The translations under genes were made by a program, and so were the position numbers. Below are positions 20,252-29,223 of a stretch of 64,000 nucleotides of DNA, in pieces. Source of the DNA: an uncultured Candidatus Poseidoniales archaeon (GTDB lineage: Archaea > Thermoplasmatota > Poseidoniia > Poseidoniales > Thalassarchaeaceae); NCBI GenBank assembly GCA_963934015.1, contig CAWVWT010000002.1:81399-145398 (forward strand), written 5' to 3'. The notes under the pieces were generated by a model. That model did no database searches and had not been told where the DNA came from. It saw nothing but the letters and a program-made list of their open reading frames with translations. Position 1 is the first letter of the stretch. The number at the start of each line of letters is the position of its first letter.

Positions 20252-20613
20252 GCAAGCGGACACAGAAAACCGGTGCAACAGCGCGTTTTGGCAGCCGATA
20301 TGGTGTCAGTGTCAGACGGCGTGCCGGTTCTGCTATTGCAAAGTTAAAGCGAGCATACACTTGTCCGGTTTGCCAGTATCAAAAAGTGAAGCGTCAGGCC
20401 AGTGGAATCTGGGGTTGCAAGAAATGCGGCCACACATTTGCCGGGGGTGTATGGGAACCATTCACCCGTGCCAGTGATACAAACAACCGAATCATTCGCC
20501 GTGGTCTTGAAGGCGCTACCGCAACAGACATGGCAGTAATTGCAGCACAGAAGGCTATCGAATTTGAACGCTCACAAGCGGAGGCTGAAGAGCGTGGTAA
20601 CGAAGAAGAATAA
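20248..20613 (+). CDS. rpl37ae: Ribosomal protein L37Ae (eL43) with C-terminal extension
   Basis: TARFGSRYGVSVRRR and zinc ribbon CPVC..CKKCG..AGGVW. About 25 extra acidic or Ala-rich residues at the C-terminus. Confidence 0.9.
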   Translation: MSKRTQKTGATARFGSRYGVSVRRRAGSAIAKLKRAYTCPVCQYQKVKRQASGIWGCKKCGHTFAGGVWEPFTRASDTNNRIIRRGLEGATATDMAVIAAQKAIEFERSQAEAEERGNEEE

Positions 20614-20620
20614 GGCCTGG

Positions 20621-20824
20621 GTGGCTACAATCAAGACCACTAGCGCTGATTCCGTTGCACTGGCTGCAAGTTTGGCATGTGAAGATGTTGAATATGTTAT
20701 GCGGGAATCGAAATTGATCCAAGTTACAATTCATGGGGACAGCGCCTCAGATCTACGTGCGAAATACAATTCAATGATGAGGTCGCTAAGGGCCTCAAGT
20801 GATGCATTATCGGTTATTCAATGA
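20621..20824 (+). CDS. pcc1: KEOPS subunit Pcc1-like protein
   Basis: IQVTIHGDSASDLRAKYNSMMRSLRA matches the Pcc1 pattern I.A.D...LR...NS.LR. Position between L37ae and prefoldin beta is as in the exosome superoperon. The GTG start at 20621 is inferred. Confidence 0.55.
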   Translation: MATIKTTSADSVALAASLACEDVEYVMRESKLIQVTIHGDSASDLRAKYNSMMRSLRASSDALSVIQ

Positions 20825-20834
20825 AGTGGTTTAG

Positions 20835-21146
20835 ATGAGTGAAAATATTCCCTTGGAACAAGTCGTGCAGGAATTGCAAATGGTCGCGCAACAATTAGTA
20901 TCTGCACAGACTCAGGTTAGAGAATTGCAAGGGACCATCGATTATTTGGCAAATCAAATTGAAGGTAATTCAATATTTCAGCAGGTTGGGCCACTTTTGG
21001 TTGAAGTTGATGATGTTGCCACGCTGAGGGATAGTTTGGCAGAAACATGTAGACAACTAAACGATCATGCTGAAAAGTTGAGTGTGAGAGAAAGTGAATT
21101 GCGCTCCGCGTATGAATCAGCTGTTAAGCAATTTGAGTCCGCATAG
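20835..21146 (+). CDS. pfdB: Prefoldin beta subunit
   Basis: 103-aa two-coiled-coil protein with central FQQVGPLLVEVD hairpin. Conserved superoperon position. Confidence 0.8.
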   Translation: MSENIPLEQVVQELQMVAQQLVSAQTQVRELQGTIDYLANQIEGNSIFQQVGPLLVEVDDVATLRDSLAETCRQLNDHAEKLSVRESELRSAYESAVKQFESA

Positions 21147-21154
21147 GTGATTGT

Positions 21155-22153
21155 TTGAGTCAAGTACGTGTCGAAGACATGGAACGCCTGAATCAATGGA
21201 TAGGTGCCTCGATTAAGCGTGGGGCTATTGCGGTTCTAACGCACAGGAATGGTGACATGGATACTGTCGGTTCCGCATGCGCTCTCGCCAATATCATTGG
21301 TCCCGCAGCACGTGCTTGCGGAATCCATCTTTCTACTATGGCAAGAACGATGGTAACAAAAACAGGTGCCGATTTTCTCATACTTGATCCTAAATCTCCT
21401 GCATGGCCACGAAATTTGGGTGGTTTAATCATTGTAGATGCAGCAGGCCCGAACCAGCCAGGTATTGAAATTCCGGATGTACCAATATGCATCATCGATC
21501 ACCATGCTGCAGGTGAATCGTTTGAAATCGGCAGTTCTGATCTTGAAATCAATTGGGAAACATGTTCTACTGCAGAAATAATTCAACTATGGGCTGAAAC
21601 TCATGCCAGTGCACGAATTGATAATCAATCTAGAATGCTCCTTTTAGCAGGGATTATCACAGATACGGGGAGATTTAGGCATGCCAATGCTGCGGCACTT
21701 TCTTCAGCGGGTAGATTGGCCGATGACGCCAAGATTGATTTTTCAGAGTTCATTGAAGAAATGGAATCTGTCGAACTAAATAATTCACAACGAGTTGCAA
21801 TTACAAAGGCATTATCTCGAGTTCAAACATTGGATGCAGGTAGGTGGTTTCTATCCTATACTAAAGCAGGTACAAATGAAGGAATAGTTGCTAGAGCACT
21901 GATATCTGCTGGTGCCGATATTGCATTGGTTTGTCGCAATTTAAAGGGCGAAACAAGATTGGTCGCCCGCGCGAGTCGAAGTGCTACACGCAAGGGCGCT
22001 CATCTTGGTGAACTAATGCAGAAAATGGTTTCTCGAAGTGGCGGTGAAGGTGGTGGTCATGCAGGGGCAGCAGGGTGGACTGGTGCAATAGATGCAACAG
22101 ATGCAACATCAGGATTCATATCGTTATTAATGGCGGCACAAGGAGGGGATTAA
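21155..22153 (+). CDS. DHH/DHHA1-family phosphoesterase (NrnA-like)
   Basis: DHH motifs HRNGDMDTVGS, IIDHH and DHHA1 GGGHAGAAG. The listed start is TTG and the alternative ATG is at 21179. Confidence 0.8.
   Translation: MSQVRVEDMERLNQWIGASIKRGAIAVLTHRNGDMDTVGSACALANIIGPAARACGIHLSTMARTMVTKTGADFLILDPKSPAWPRNLGGLIIVDAAGPNQPGIEIPDVPICIIDHHAAGESFEIGSSDLEINWETCSTAEIIQLWAETHASARIDNQSRMLLLAGIITDTGRFRHANAAALSSAGRLADDAKIDFSEFIEEMESVELNNSQRVAITKALSRVQTLDAGRWFLSYTKAGTNEGIVARALISAGADIALVCRNLKGETRLVARASRSATRKGAHLGELMQKMVSRSGGEGGGHAGAAGWTGAIDATDATSGFISLLMAAQGGD
22141..22146 (+). promoter_or_regulatory. Shine-Dalgarno-like AGGAGG upstream of the 22154 ATG
   Basis: AGGAGG read at 22141-22146, 7 nt before the ATG. 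Confidence 0.45.
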
Positions 22154-23023
22154 ATGGACCCGAGGCAAGTTATCTCTTGTTTTTTGTCAGGCGAAATTTC
22201 TGAATTTACACCCAAAGGCCCCCATGAATTATTGATACTGACTGAGCAAGCCATCGGTGAAGGTCACAATGAGTTGGCCGATAATCTCGCCATCCAATTA
22301 AATGAAATTGAATTGCAAATCATAAAATTTCGTACTGCTCAAATTGCAAATGATGCGGAATTGGCGCAACAATGCCTGGCAAGCGCTCTCGAAATCAGCC
22401 GGTCAAAGGAAAAGAGAGACCATCTTTTAGAAGCGAGAATTCGGATGGAATGGGGTATTCTTCGTGCAAGTATAGGTGAATTTGACAAAGCAGGCGTCGA
22501 TTTAAAGTGGGCTGTAGATCGCCTTGGTGCGATTTCAGAGGGACACAGGTGGCATGGTGTAGCATTGCTGAATATGGCTGCATGGCACAATAGACGAGGT
22601 GAATTCGGGATGGCATTGGCGTTACATGCATCAATTTCTCGGCATGGACCCCACTTGATCGAAATTGTATCTATTTCTAGACGCCGAGCTGCTGAAATGT
22701 TAATTGAAAAAGATCACATTTACAGTGGACTTAGAAATTTATGGATTTCTCATCATGGATTCAGGCAAACCAATATGTTAGATGAAGCGATTGAAGCGGG
22801 TTTGCATTGGATTGATTTGGGATTGACAGAAGTTTCAGTTGAAGCACCAGAAATGAGTGCCGCAATTGAAATGGCATCACCTCGTTCTGCGGGTGAGCCA
22901 AAACAGCGTGTATGGATTCACCCAAATGACTTAGAGAATATGTGTATGTGGATTCAATCTCGAACAGATGATAGTGATGCAATTGCAGTATTAAACGACG
23001 CACATCAGGTACTCCATCCATGA
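22154..23023 (+). CDS. Helical-repeat (TPR-like) hypothetical protein
   Basis: 289-aa ORF with strong SD and ATG immediately after the DHH stop. Predicted all-helical by composition. No family recognised. Confidence 0.5.
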   Translation: MDPRQVISCFLSGEISEFTPKGPHELLILTEQAIGEGHNELADNLAIQLNEIELQIIKFRTAQIANDAELAQQCLASALEISRSKEKRDHLLEARIRMEWGILRASIGEFDKAGVDLKWAVDRLGAISEGHRWHGVALLNMAAWHNRRGEFGMALALHASISRHGPHLIEIVSISRRRAAEMLIEKDHIYSGLRNLWISHHGFRQTNMLDEAIEAGLHWIDLGLTEVSVEAPEMSAAIEMASPRSAGEPKQRVWIHPNDLENMCMWIQSRTDDSDAIAVLNDAHQVLHP

Positions 23024-23406
23024 CTAGAAAATAATTCCAGTTCATCTTCATCCCAAGCCAGCGGGTGTGGCGGAGACAGGCACCAACCGACTTCATCGAT
23101 CTTTGGGTCAACCGAATCCCATGGTGTCGGAGTTGGTTCAATCTCAACTTCAACCCAGACCACATCACCCCCTCCATCCGCTAGGTTAACGGCGGATTTT
23201 CGTGCTGTTCCCAATAACCCAGTTTCTTCGTATACTTCTCGGAGGGCCGCCATTTCACTATCTTCGCCATCTTCAACCCAGCCACCAGGTAATTCCCAGC
23301 CACGTTCCTTGTGACGAACCATGAGCCAGCAGGCACTTTCACTACTAATTGCAATAGGGGGCGTACTCGTGGGGGTAACCCAAGCAACGACCCATTTTTT
23401 TTGCAT
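23005..23406 (-). CDS. NUDIX hydrolase
   Basis: Nudix box GGWVEDGEDSEMAALREVYEETG. Confidence 0.85.
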   Translation of the reverse strand: MQKKWVVAWVTPTSTPPIAISSESACWLMVRHKERGWELPGGWVEDGEDSEMAALREVYEETGLLGTARKSAVNLADGGGDVVWVEVEIEPTPTPWDSVDPKIDEVGWCLSPPHPLAWDEDELELFSSHGWST

Positions 23407-23414
23407 AACAGACC

Positions 23415-24425
23415 TCAGGGTATGTGGATATCGTCTTCTGAATCAAGTCCTTCTTGGGCTCGCTGTAGATAGGGCGCAACCCATTCCTCACCGCGGGTAA
23501 GTAAACGGCGCGATAGGAAGAATGCGGTTGAAAATTCACCAGAATCCAAAAGTCGTGATAATTCGATTTCATCGATGTTGCCACTATTTTCCTCTGAAAT
23601 TGGTTGATTTTCAATAGTAATTGGTTCTACAAACCGTGAAGAAAGGTTCTGCATTTTCACGAGGAATTGATCTCTAACATCAATTGGAGGCTGTTTCCAC
23701 GGCAAACGCTTACCAGTTTCCATTTGGACTTCCATTCTAGCGCGGAATTGATCACGAACATCTAAATGAGGTGCTGTTGTTTGTGCCTGGTCATAACAAA
23801 ACCAAGCTTCATCGAAAGATTTTCTACGCTCATGCGCGCGTGCGAGTTCGACCCACATTTCGAAATTTTGTGGACGGTTCGATAGTAGTATACGCGCTAA
23901 CGGGATACAAACATCATCACCCTCTGAATCCCACAAGCGCTCCACTCTGCGCCCAAATAATACGTTACATCTTGGGTCTGATAAATCAAGTTGTTCAAAT
24001 CGACTGCAAAATTCGTCAATCATTGATTCTTGCATAGATTGGTGCCATATATCGGGGTCAAGATGATCTCGATTTAATGCCGCCTCGAGTAGTTCATTAC
24101 CAACATTAAGAATGGGAACGCCATCCAATTGTTTCACCTGTTCAGGGTCACGGCCGAGTACAGAAAAAAGGTCACTAATCAATGCACGCAGTCCAATTTC
24201 GTCCGATAATAAAATCTTAATTTTAGCCAAAGTCCTCCAATTTTCAGGATGGGTGAAATCATGGAGCAATGCTTGACGGGCATTTTGTTCAGCCCAGCCG
24301 ATATTCTCAGTTACCCGATCGGGGTCGGAATCAACCAATTGTAGAAACTTCAGTGCTTGTGAGCGGTGCCTATCCCCTAAACTTCGACGTGGATGTTGAA
24401 GGCGGCCGGCCAATCCTCCTCTCAA
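23415..24425 (-). CDS. Helical-repeat hypothetical protein
   Basis: 336-aa ORF between the UbiD-family gene and the Nudix gene on the same strand with 8-9 nt gaps. Internal duplicated motif DVRDQF(R/L)..M. Start codon uncertain (TTG listed). Confidence 0.5.
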   Translation of the reverse strand: MRGGLAGRLQHPRRSLGDRHRSQALKFLQLVDSDPDRVTENIGWAEQNARQALLHDFTHPENWRTLAKIKILLSDEIGLRALISDLFSVLGRDPEQVKQLDGVPILNVGNELLEAALNRDHLDPDIWHQSMQESMIDEFCSRFEQLDLSDPRCNVLFGRRVERLWDSEGDDVCIPLARILLSNRPQNFEMWVELARAHERRKSFDEAWFCYDQAQTTAPHLDVRDQFRARMEVQMETGKRLPWKQPPIDVRDQFLVKMQNLSSRFVEPITIENQPISEENSGNIDEIELSRLLDSGEFSTAFFLSRRLLTRGEEWVAPYLQRAQEGLDSEDDIHIP

Positions 24426-24433
24426 ATAATCAC

Positions 24434-25696
24434 CTACTGAACTGATGTATATGGGGCACGGTCGATTTCAGGAGACAGTGTGGCATCATAACCGATTTTT
24501 GATGTTGTACCATCTTCGTTACGCGAAGGGTCGAGACTACTGCCTTTTTGCCCTGAAAGTATGATGGTGTCTTGATCAGGTTGCCATCTTGTCATGAGTG
24601 CCCACTCAACCCGTACTGGATCACTTACATCGATATCCTTGTCGACTATTGTTACAGATTTCATACTCCGATGTCCGTTGAGGGCCGCATGGATTGAATT
24701 ACGACCATCTTCTGTCGAATTAGGTGTAATACTGACGACTGCGGAAAGCCAACCACAGCCACCTTCAGTCATATGCACATCATGGCAATTAGTCACCTTT
24801 GAAACCGCTGCTTTAATTGTGGGGGCACGTGGAAGTCCCATGAGTGCTTTATGCTCAGCTTCTGCGGGAATAAGTGCATGGAATATCGGATCATTTCGAT
24901 GATGGACAGAATGTATTTCGAACACTGGTTCAATTCGCTCATCATCAAGAGTTCCAGTAATATCAACATAAGGCGCCTCATCATCATCTTCAAGCGTGAT
25001 TTCTGCTGTCATCGCATATTCGGCATTCGCTGGCACAGGTATGCCATTGGCGAGTGTCACCATGGGGAGGGGTTTCCCATAGAATCGTTCATGCAGAGTT
25101 GAAGCAACAGTTAATTCATCGATATGCTCTTCAAACGACATAGCAGCAGCGAGTAAAACAACAGGGTCGCAGCCATTAACAATAGCAATTGGAATCGAGT
25201 CACCATTTTCTCTCGCCGTATCTAGCATTGTTCGGAGATGCCTCGGAACGAGTCGTGCAACGACATGTGTGTCATCGCGTAAAAATTGGCGGTGGAATGA
25301 AACATTTCGTTGCCCCCCATACTCGGCAATCACGATGCTCGCCGACATATACCGACCTCGATCTTCGCGGTAATGATGAGGGATGGGTAATTCCGAGAGT
25401 GCGACGGTTTTTTGAGAATTTTCAAGTACGGGACCAGATGGTTCAAAAGTAGGTTCTTGTGGATTTTCCATGGCCCACCCAAGGATATCAATTAGTTCGC
25501 CCGGACTGACATTGAACACATCGCACAATCTTTCCCTGGAGAGCACATTTAGCGCTGCCATATGCCCAGGTGTCTCTGTAACGGTTGTAACAATCATTTG
25601 ATGCTGTCTTTCTACAGAAAGGTCGAATAATCCATGAATACACGAAACTGGATTGTCCGGTGAATATGCCCCGGCTAGATGGTCACGAAAGGCCAT
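24434..25696 (-). CDS. UbiD-family (prenyl-FMN dependent) decarboxylase
   Basis: 420 aa, UbiD-like throughout (for example VTETPGHMAALNV, IAIVNGCDPVVLLAA, GCGWLSAVVSI). Confidence 0.75.
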   Translation of the reverse strand: MAFRDHLAGAYSPDNPVSCIHGLFDLSVERQHQMIVTTVTETPGHMAALNVLSRERLCDVFNVSPGELIDILGWAMENPQEPTFEPSGPVLENSQKTVALSELPIPHHYREDRGRYMSASIVIAEYGGQRNVSFHRQFLRDDTHVVARLVPRHLRTMLDTARENGDSIPIAIVNGCDPVVLLAAAMSFEEHIDELTVASTLHERFYGKPLPMVTLANGIPVPANAEYAMTAEITLEDDDEAPYVDITGTLDDERIEPVFEIHSVHHRNDPIFHALIPAEAEHKALMGLPRAPTIKAAVSKVTNCHDVHMTEGGCGWLSAVVSITPNSTEDGRNSIHAALNGHRSMKSVTIVDKDIDVSDPVRVEWALMTRWQPDQDTIILSGQKGSSLDPSRNEDGTTSKIGYDATLSPEIDRAPYTSVQ

Positions 25697-25820
25697 GTTT
25701 GCGCGGAGGGGGTTAAACGTATGATGGTTAGGGGTGGATTGACCAATATTCGCCGCTGCGTGTACTGATTCTTACCCGTCACGCTCATATACGGTGGGTC
25801 AGTCGCCGGGTTGCTCCTTA

Positions 25821-25828
25821 GGAGAGGT
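25821..25828 (+). promoter_or_regulatory. Shine-Dalgarno-like GGAGAGGT upstream of the rps12 ATG
   Basis: Read directly; 7 nt before the ATG at 25836. Confidence 0.4.
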
Positions 25829-25835
25829 ACTGTAC

Positions 25836-26276
25836 ATGGGTCGCGGATTATTCTCAGGACCAAAGATGAAGTCGGACCGTCTAAAGTTTCGATGGAAGGA
25901 CAGCGGATTCAGAAAACGTCAAGAGAAACGCCGCCAAGGTGGAGTGTTGAAACACGACCCACTGCAAGGCAGTTCACAAGCAAAAGGAATTGTTATTGAG
26001 AAGATCGGAGTCGAGGCAAAACAACCAAACTCCGGTATCCGTAAGGGTGTCAAAGTCAGTCTCATTCGAAGTGGAAACAAACTCACAGCTTTCGCCCCAG
26101 GCGATGGTGCAATCAATTTTATCGATGAACACGATGAAGTCATGGTCGAAGGAATCGGTGGCCGCCAAGGACGTTCATACGGTGACATCCCAGGAATACG
26201 CTACAAAGTAATACAGGTCAATGGAGTCTCACTTGATGAGATGGTCCGTGGCCGAAAAGAGAAGCCAATACGCTGA
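25836..26276 (+). CDS. rps12: Ribosomal protein S12 (uS12)
   Basis: [15 protein letters not shown] and [17 protein letters not shown] motifs. ATG at 25836 gives the typical archaeal length of about 146 aa. Confidence 0.95.
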   Translation: MGRGLFSGPKMKSDRLKFRWKDSGFRKRQEKRRQGGVLKHDPLQGSSQAKGIVIEKIGVEAKQPNSGIRKGVKVSLIRSGNKLTAFAPGDGAINFIDEHDEVMVEGIGGRQGRSYGDIPGIRYKVIQVNGVSLDEMVRGRKEKPIR

Positions 26277-26286
26277 GGTTTGCATT

Positions 26287-26928
26287 ATGTCTGAAGATGA
26301 AGTAGTTGAAGAATCTCCAGACGAACCTGTTGTTGAAGATACACCACCTCAACCGATAGCTGGAATTGGCACACTTGTCTTTGGCAAGTGGGATGCCAGT
26401 GAAGTTACTTGTGAGGACCCTGGTCTGGCACCATATGTCAATTTGGATACTGTTGGCACCCCGCATTCAGGTGGTCGGCATGCTAATGCATGGATGGGCA
26501 AGGCAAAACTGAGTGTTGTTGAGCGATTTATCAATGGCCTCATGCGCGATGGAAGAAATGGCGGTAAGAAGCAATATGCAGCCAAAGCCTTTGAACAAGC
26601 ACTCGATGTCATTCACGAACGCACCAAGGGAAATCCTTTGCAGGCACTTGTTGATGCAATTACACACGCTGCTCCTATGGAAGAAGTTACACGTATCAAA
26701 TTCGGTGCAGTTTCTCAGCCAAAAGCCGTTGATAGTGCACCTAGCCGCCGCTTGGATGTCGCTATCCGAAACCTCTGCAAAGGCAGTATTTCAGCCACGT
26801 ACAAGACCACAAAAACACTCAAGGATGGAATTACCAACGAGATCATGAAAGCGAAGGATGGAGATGTTGCATCTTTCGCTGTGGCCAAGAAAGAGGAAGT
26901 CCAACGTATTGCGGCTTCCGCACGTTGA
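26287..26928 (+). CDS. rps7: Ribosomal protein S7 (uS7)
   Basis: S7 C-terminal pattern SFAVAKKEEVQRIAASAR and position between S12 and EF-2. ATG at 26287. Confidence 0.9.
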   Translation: MSEDEVVEESPDEPVVEDTPPQPIAGIGTLVFGKWDASEVTCEDPGLAPYVNLDTVGTPHSGGRHANAWMGKAKLSVVERFINGLMRDGRNGGKKQYAAKAFEQALDVIHERTKGNPLQALVDAITHAAPMEEVTRIKFGAVSQPKAVDSAPSRRLDVAIRNLCKGSISATYKTTKTLKDGITNEIMKAKDGDVASFAVAKKEEVQRIAASAR

Positions 26929-27015
26929 TTCGGTATTCCTCGCGCGTGGGCGCGCGTGCGCACAGGCGGATTTATCAACCATGTTCAGGTGGCCGGGCCA
27001 CTTAGGTGATTTATT

Positions 27016-29223
27016 ATGGGCCGAAAGGAAGACAATATCGCAAAAGCAACAGAAGTCATGCATGTTCGTGATCAAATACGAAATCTATGCATTGCAGCAC
27101 ATATTGACCATGGGAAGACAACACTTTCTGACAATCTTATCGCAGGCGCCGGCATGATGTCTGAGGAACTTGCTGGCAAAGCTCGTGTACTTGATTTCGA
27201 TGAGCAGGAATCTGCTCGCGGTATTACAATCAATGCTGCTAGCGCGTCCATGGTTCACAATGTCGAAGGGACTGATTATCTGATTAATCTAATCGACACC
27301 CCTGGGCACGTTGATTTTGGTGGTGACGTGACTCGTGCCATGCGAGCCGTTGATGGATGTTTTATCCTCACTTGTGCAGTTGAGGGGGCCATGCCGCAAA
27401 CAGAAACAGTTGTACGCCAAGCACTGAAAGAAAAGGTCAAGCCAATTTTATTCATTAACAAGGTTGATCGTCTAATCAATGAATTACAAGTCACCCCTGA
27501 AGATATGATGGCGCGATTTGAGGAGCAAATCACTCGCGTTAACAAATTGATCAAACAATTTGCCCCTGATGAGTACAAAAAATCATGGCAAGTTAGTGTC
27601 ATGAATGGGACGGTGGCTTTTGGTTCCGCATACCACAATTGGGGAATCACCGTACCATATATGAAGAAATCAGGAATTAACTTCACTCAAATTTTTGAGT
27701 ATTGTCACAATGAGGAGCAGAAAGAATTGGCCAAGAAGGCCCCGGTTCACGAAGTTCTATTGGATATGGCGGTCTCAAAATTACCAAATCCCATGGAAGC
27801 ACAAGTTTACCGAATCCCTAACATTTGGACGGGCGATATGGAATCCAAAGAAGGAAAGGCAATGCTAGAGTGTGATCCGAATGGACCTTTGGCTATGATG
27901 ATTACCAAGATATGGATGGATCCTCACGCAGGTGAGGTTGCAGTTGGTAGAATCTATTCGGGATCAATCAACCATGGTGAAACAGTTTGGGCGATTGGTG
28001 GCAGTAAACCAGAACGTGTCCAACAAGTCAGTATGATGGTTGGTGGTGACCGTATTGCAGTCCCCACAGTAGTCGCAGGCAATATTGCCGCCATTACTGG
28101 TATTCGTTCTGCTGCTGCTGGTGTGACCGTTACGTCTGACAAGGACCTGACGCCTTACGAAGCAATTCGTCATTATTCAGAACCGGTTGTTACAGTGGCT
28201 GTAGAGCCACTATCGATGAAGGATTTACCCAAATTCATTGACGCTTTGCGGAGTCTCGCAAAGTCGGATGCTTCATTGCAAGTAACAACCAATCCAGAAA
28301 CAGGAGAAGCACTTCTTGCAGGCATGGGGGAACTTCATCTGGAGATCACCACATATAGAATTGAAGAAGAACAAAAAATCAAAGTTAAGGTGAGTGAACC
28401 AATTGTCGTATACCGTGAGGCGATTAATGGTAACAATGTAGGTCGTCCGTTTGAAGGTAAATCACCGAATCGGCACAACCGTTTCTATATCGAAGTTGAA
28501 ATGCTGCCCCAAGAAGTAGTCGATGCTCTGCGTGCCGGCGATTTCAAAGAAGGCACAATCCGAAATAAAGATCAGAAGGAAATGGGAAACCAATTCGCTG
28601 AATTGGGGATGGACAAGGATATGATGCGCAAAGGATATGCAATCCACGGAACAAACGTTTTCATCAATGGCACCAAGGGTATCCAAGGACTTCACGAAAC
28701 ACGTGAACTACTGATTGAAGGATTCAATGAAGTCTGTAAACACGGACCGCTATGCCACGAACCCGCAATGGGCATGCTCGTCCGTCTGACCGATGCAAAG
28801 TTACACGAAGATGCAATTCACCGTGGCCCCGCTCAAACCATCCCAGCAATGCGTAGCGCCATGCGAGGTGCTATGGTACGTGCTGGTACTACAATCATGG
28901 AACCGATGCAGAAATTACATGTCTCAGTTCCCAACGATTGGCTGGGTGGAGTCACCCGCGAAGTTACACAGCGCCGTGGTGTGATTGAAGATATGCCTGC
29001 AGATGGCGAAACCACGACTGTGATTGGCACGGTTCCTGTGGCCGAAAGCTTTGGCTTTTCCAATGACATTCGTGCAGCATCACAAGGTCGGGCTATTTGG
29101 AATACTGAAAATTCCGGATTCGAAGAGTTGCCTCGTATGTTGCTAGAGAAAGTAGTTGGTGAAATACGAACACGTAAGGGCATGAAACCAGAAGTCCCTG
29201 GCGAATCGTATTATGCAGACTGA
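27016..29223 (+). CDS. fusA: Translation elongation factor 2 (aEF-2)
   Basis: G-domain AHIDHGKTT, DTPGHVDF, NKVDR. 735 aa. Diphthamide-loop region HEDAIHRG. Confidence 0.97.
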   Translation: MGRKEDNIAKATEVMHVRDQIRNLCIAAHIDHGKTTLSDNLIAGAGMMSEELAGKARVLDFDEQESARGITINAASASMVHNVEGTDYLINLIDTPGHVDFGGDVTRAMRAVDGCFILTCAVEGAMPQTETVVRQALKEKVKPILFINKVDRLINELQVTPEDMMARFEEQITRVNKLIKQFAPDEYKKSWQVSVMNGTVAFGSAYHNWGITVPYMKKSGINFTQIFEYCHNEEQKELAKKAPVHEVLLDMAVSKLPNPMEAQVYRIPNIWTGDMESKEGKAMLECDPNGPLAMMITKIWMDPHAGEVAVGRIYSGSINHGETVWAIGGSKPERVQQVSMMVGGDRIAVPTVVAGNIAAITGIRSAAAGVTVTSDKDLTPYEAIRHYSEPVVTVAVEPLSMKDLPKFIDALRSLAKSDASLQVTTNPETGEALLAGMGELHLEITTYRIEEEQKIKVKVSEPIVVYREAINGNNVGRPFEGKSPNRHNRFYIEVEMLPQEVVDALRAGDFKEGTIRNKDQKEMGNQFAELGMDKDMMRKGYAIHGTNVFINGTKGIQGLHETRELLIEGFNEVCKHGPLCHEPAMGMLVRLTDAKLHEDAIHRGPAQTIPAMRSAMRGAMVRAGTTIMEPMQKLHVSVPNDWLGGVTREVTQRRGVIEDMPADGETTTVIGTVPVAESFGFSNDIRAASQGRAIWNTENSGFEELPRMLLEKVVGEIRTRKGMKPEVPGESYYAD

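Noticed and set aside
23395-23402. T8 (A8 on the coding strand) homopolymer at codons 2-4 of the Nudix gene, as a potential slipped-strand phase-variation site. A7 runs also occur at 9995, 47336 and 51423.
   Set aside because: The runs are short and encode ordinary Lys codons. Nothing in the sequence supports phase variation in this context, and the frame is intact.
25716-25770. Possible C/D-box sRNA in the UbiD-rps12 spacer (AUGAUGG ... CUGA about 45 nt apart).
   Set aside because: The C box is imperfect (terminal G). No convincing C'/D' boxes or terminal stem are present. The region is more simply the divergent promoter region.
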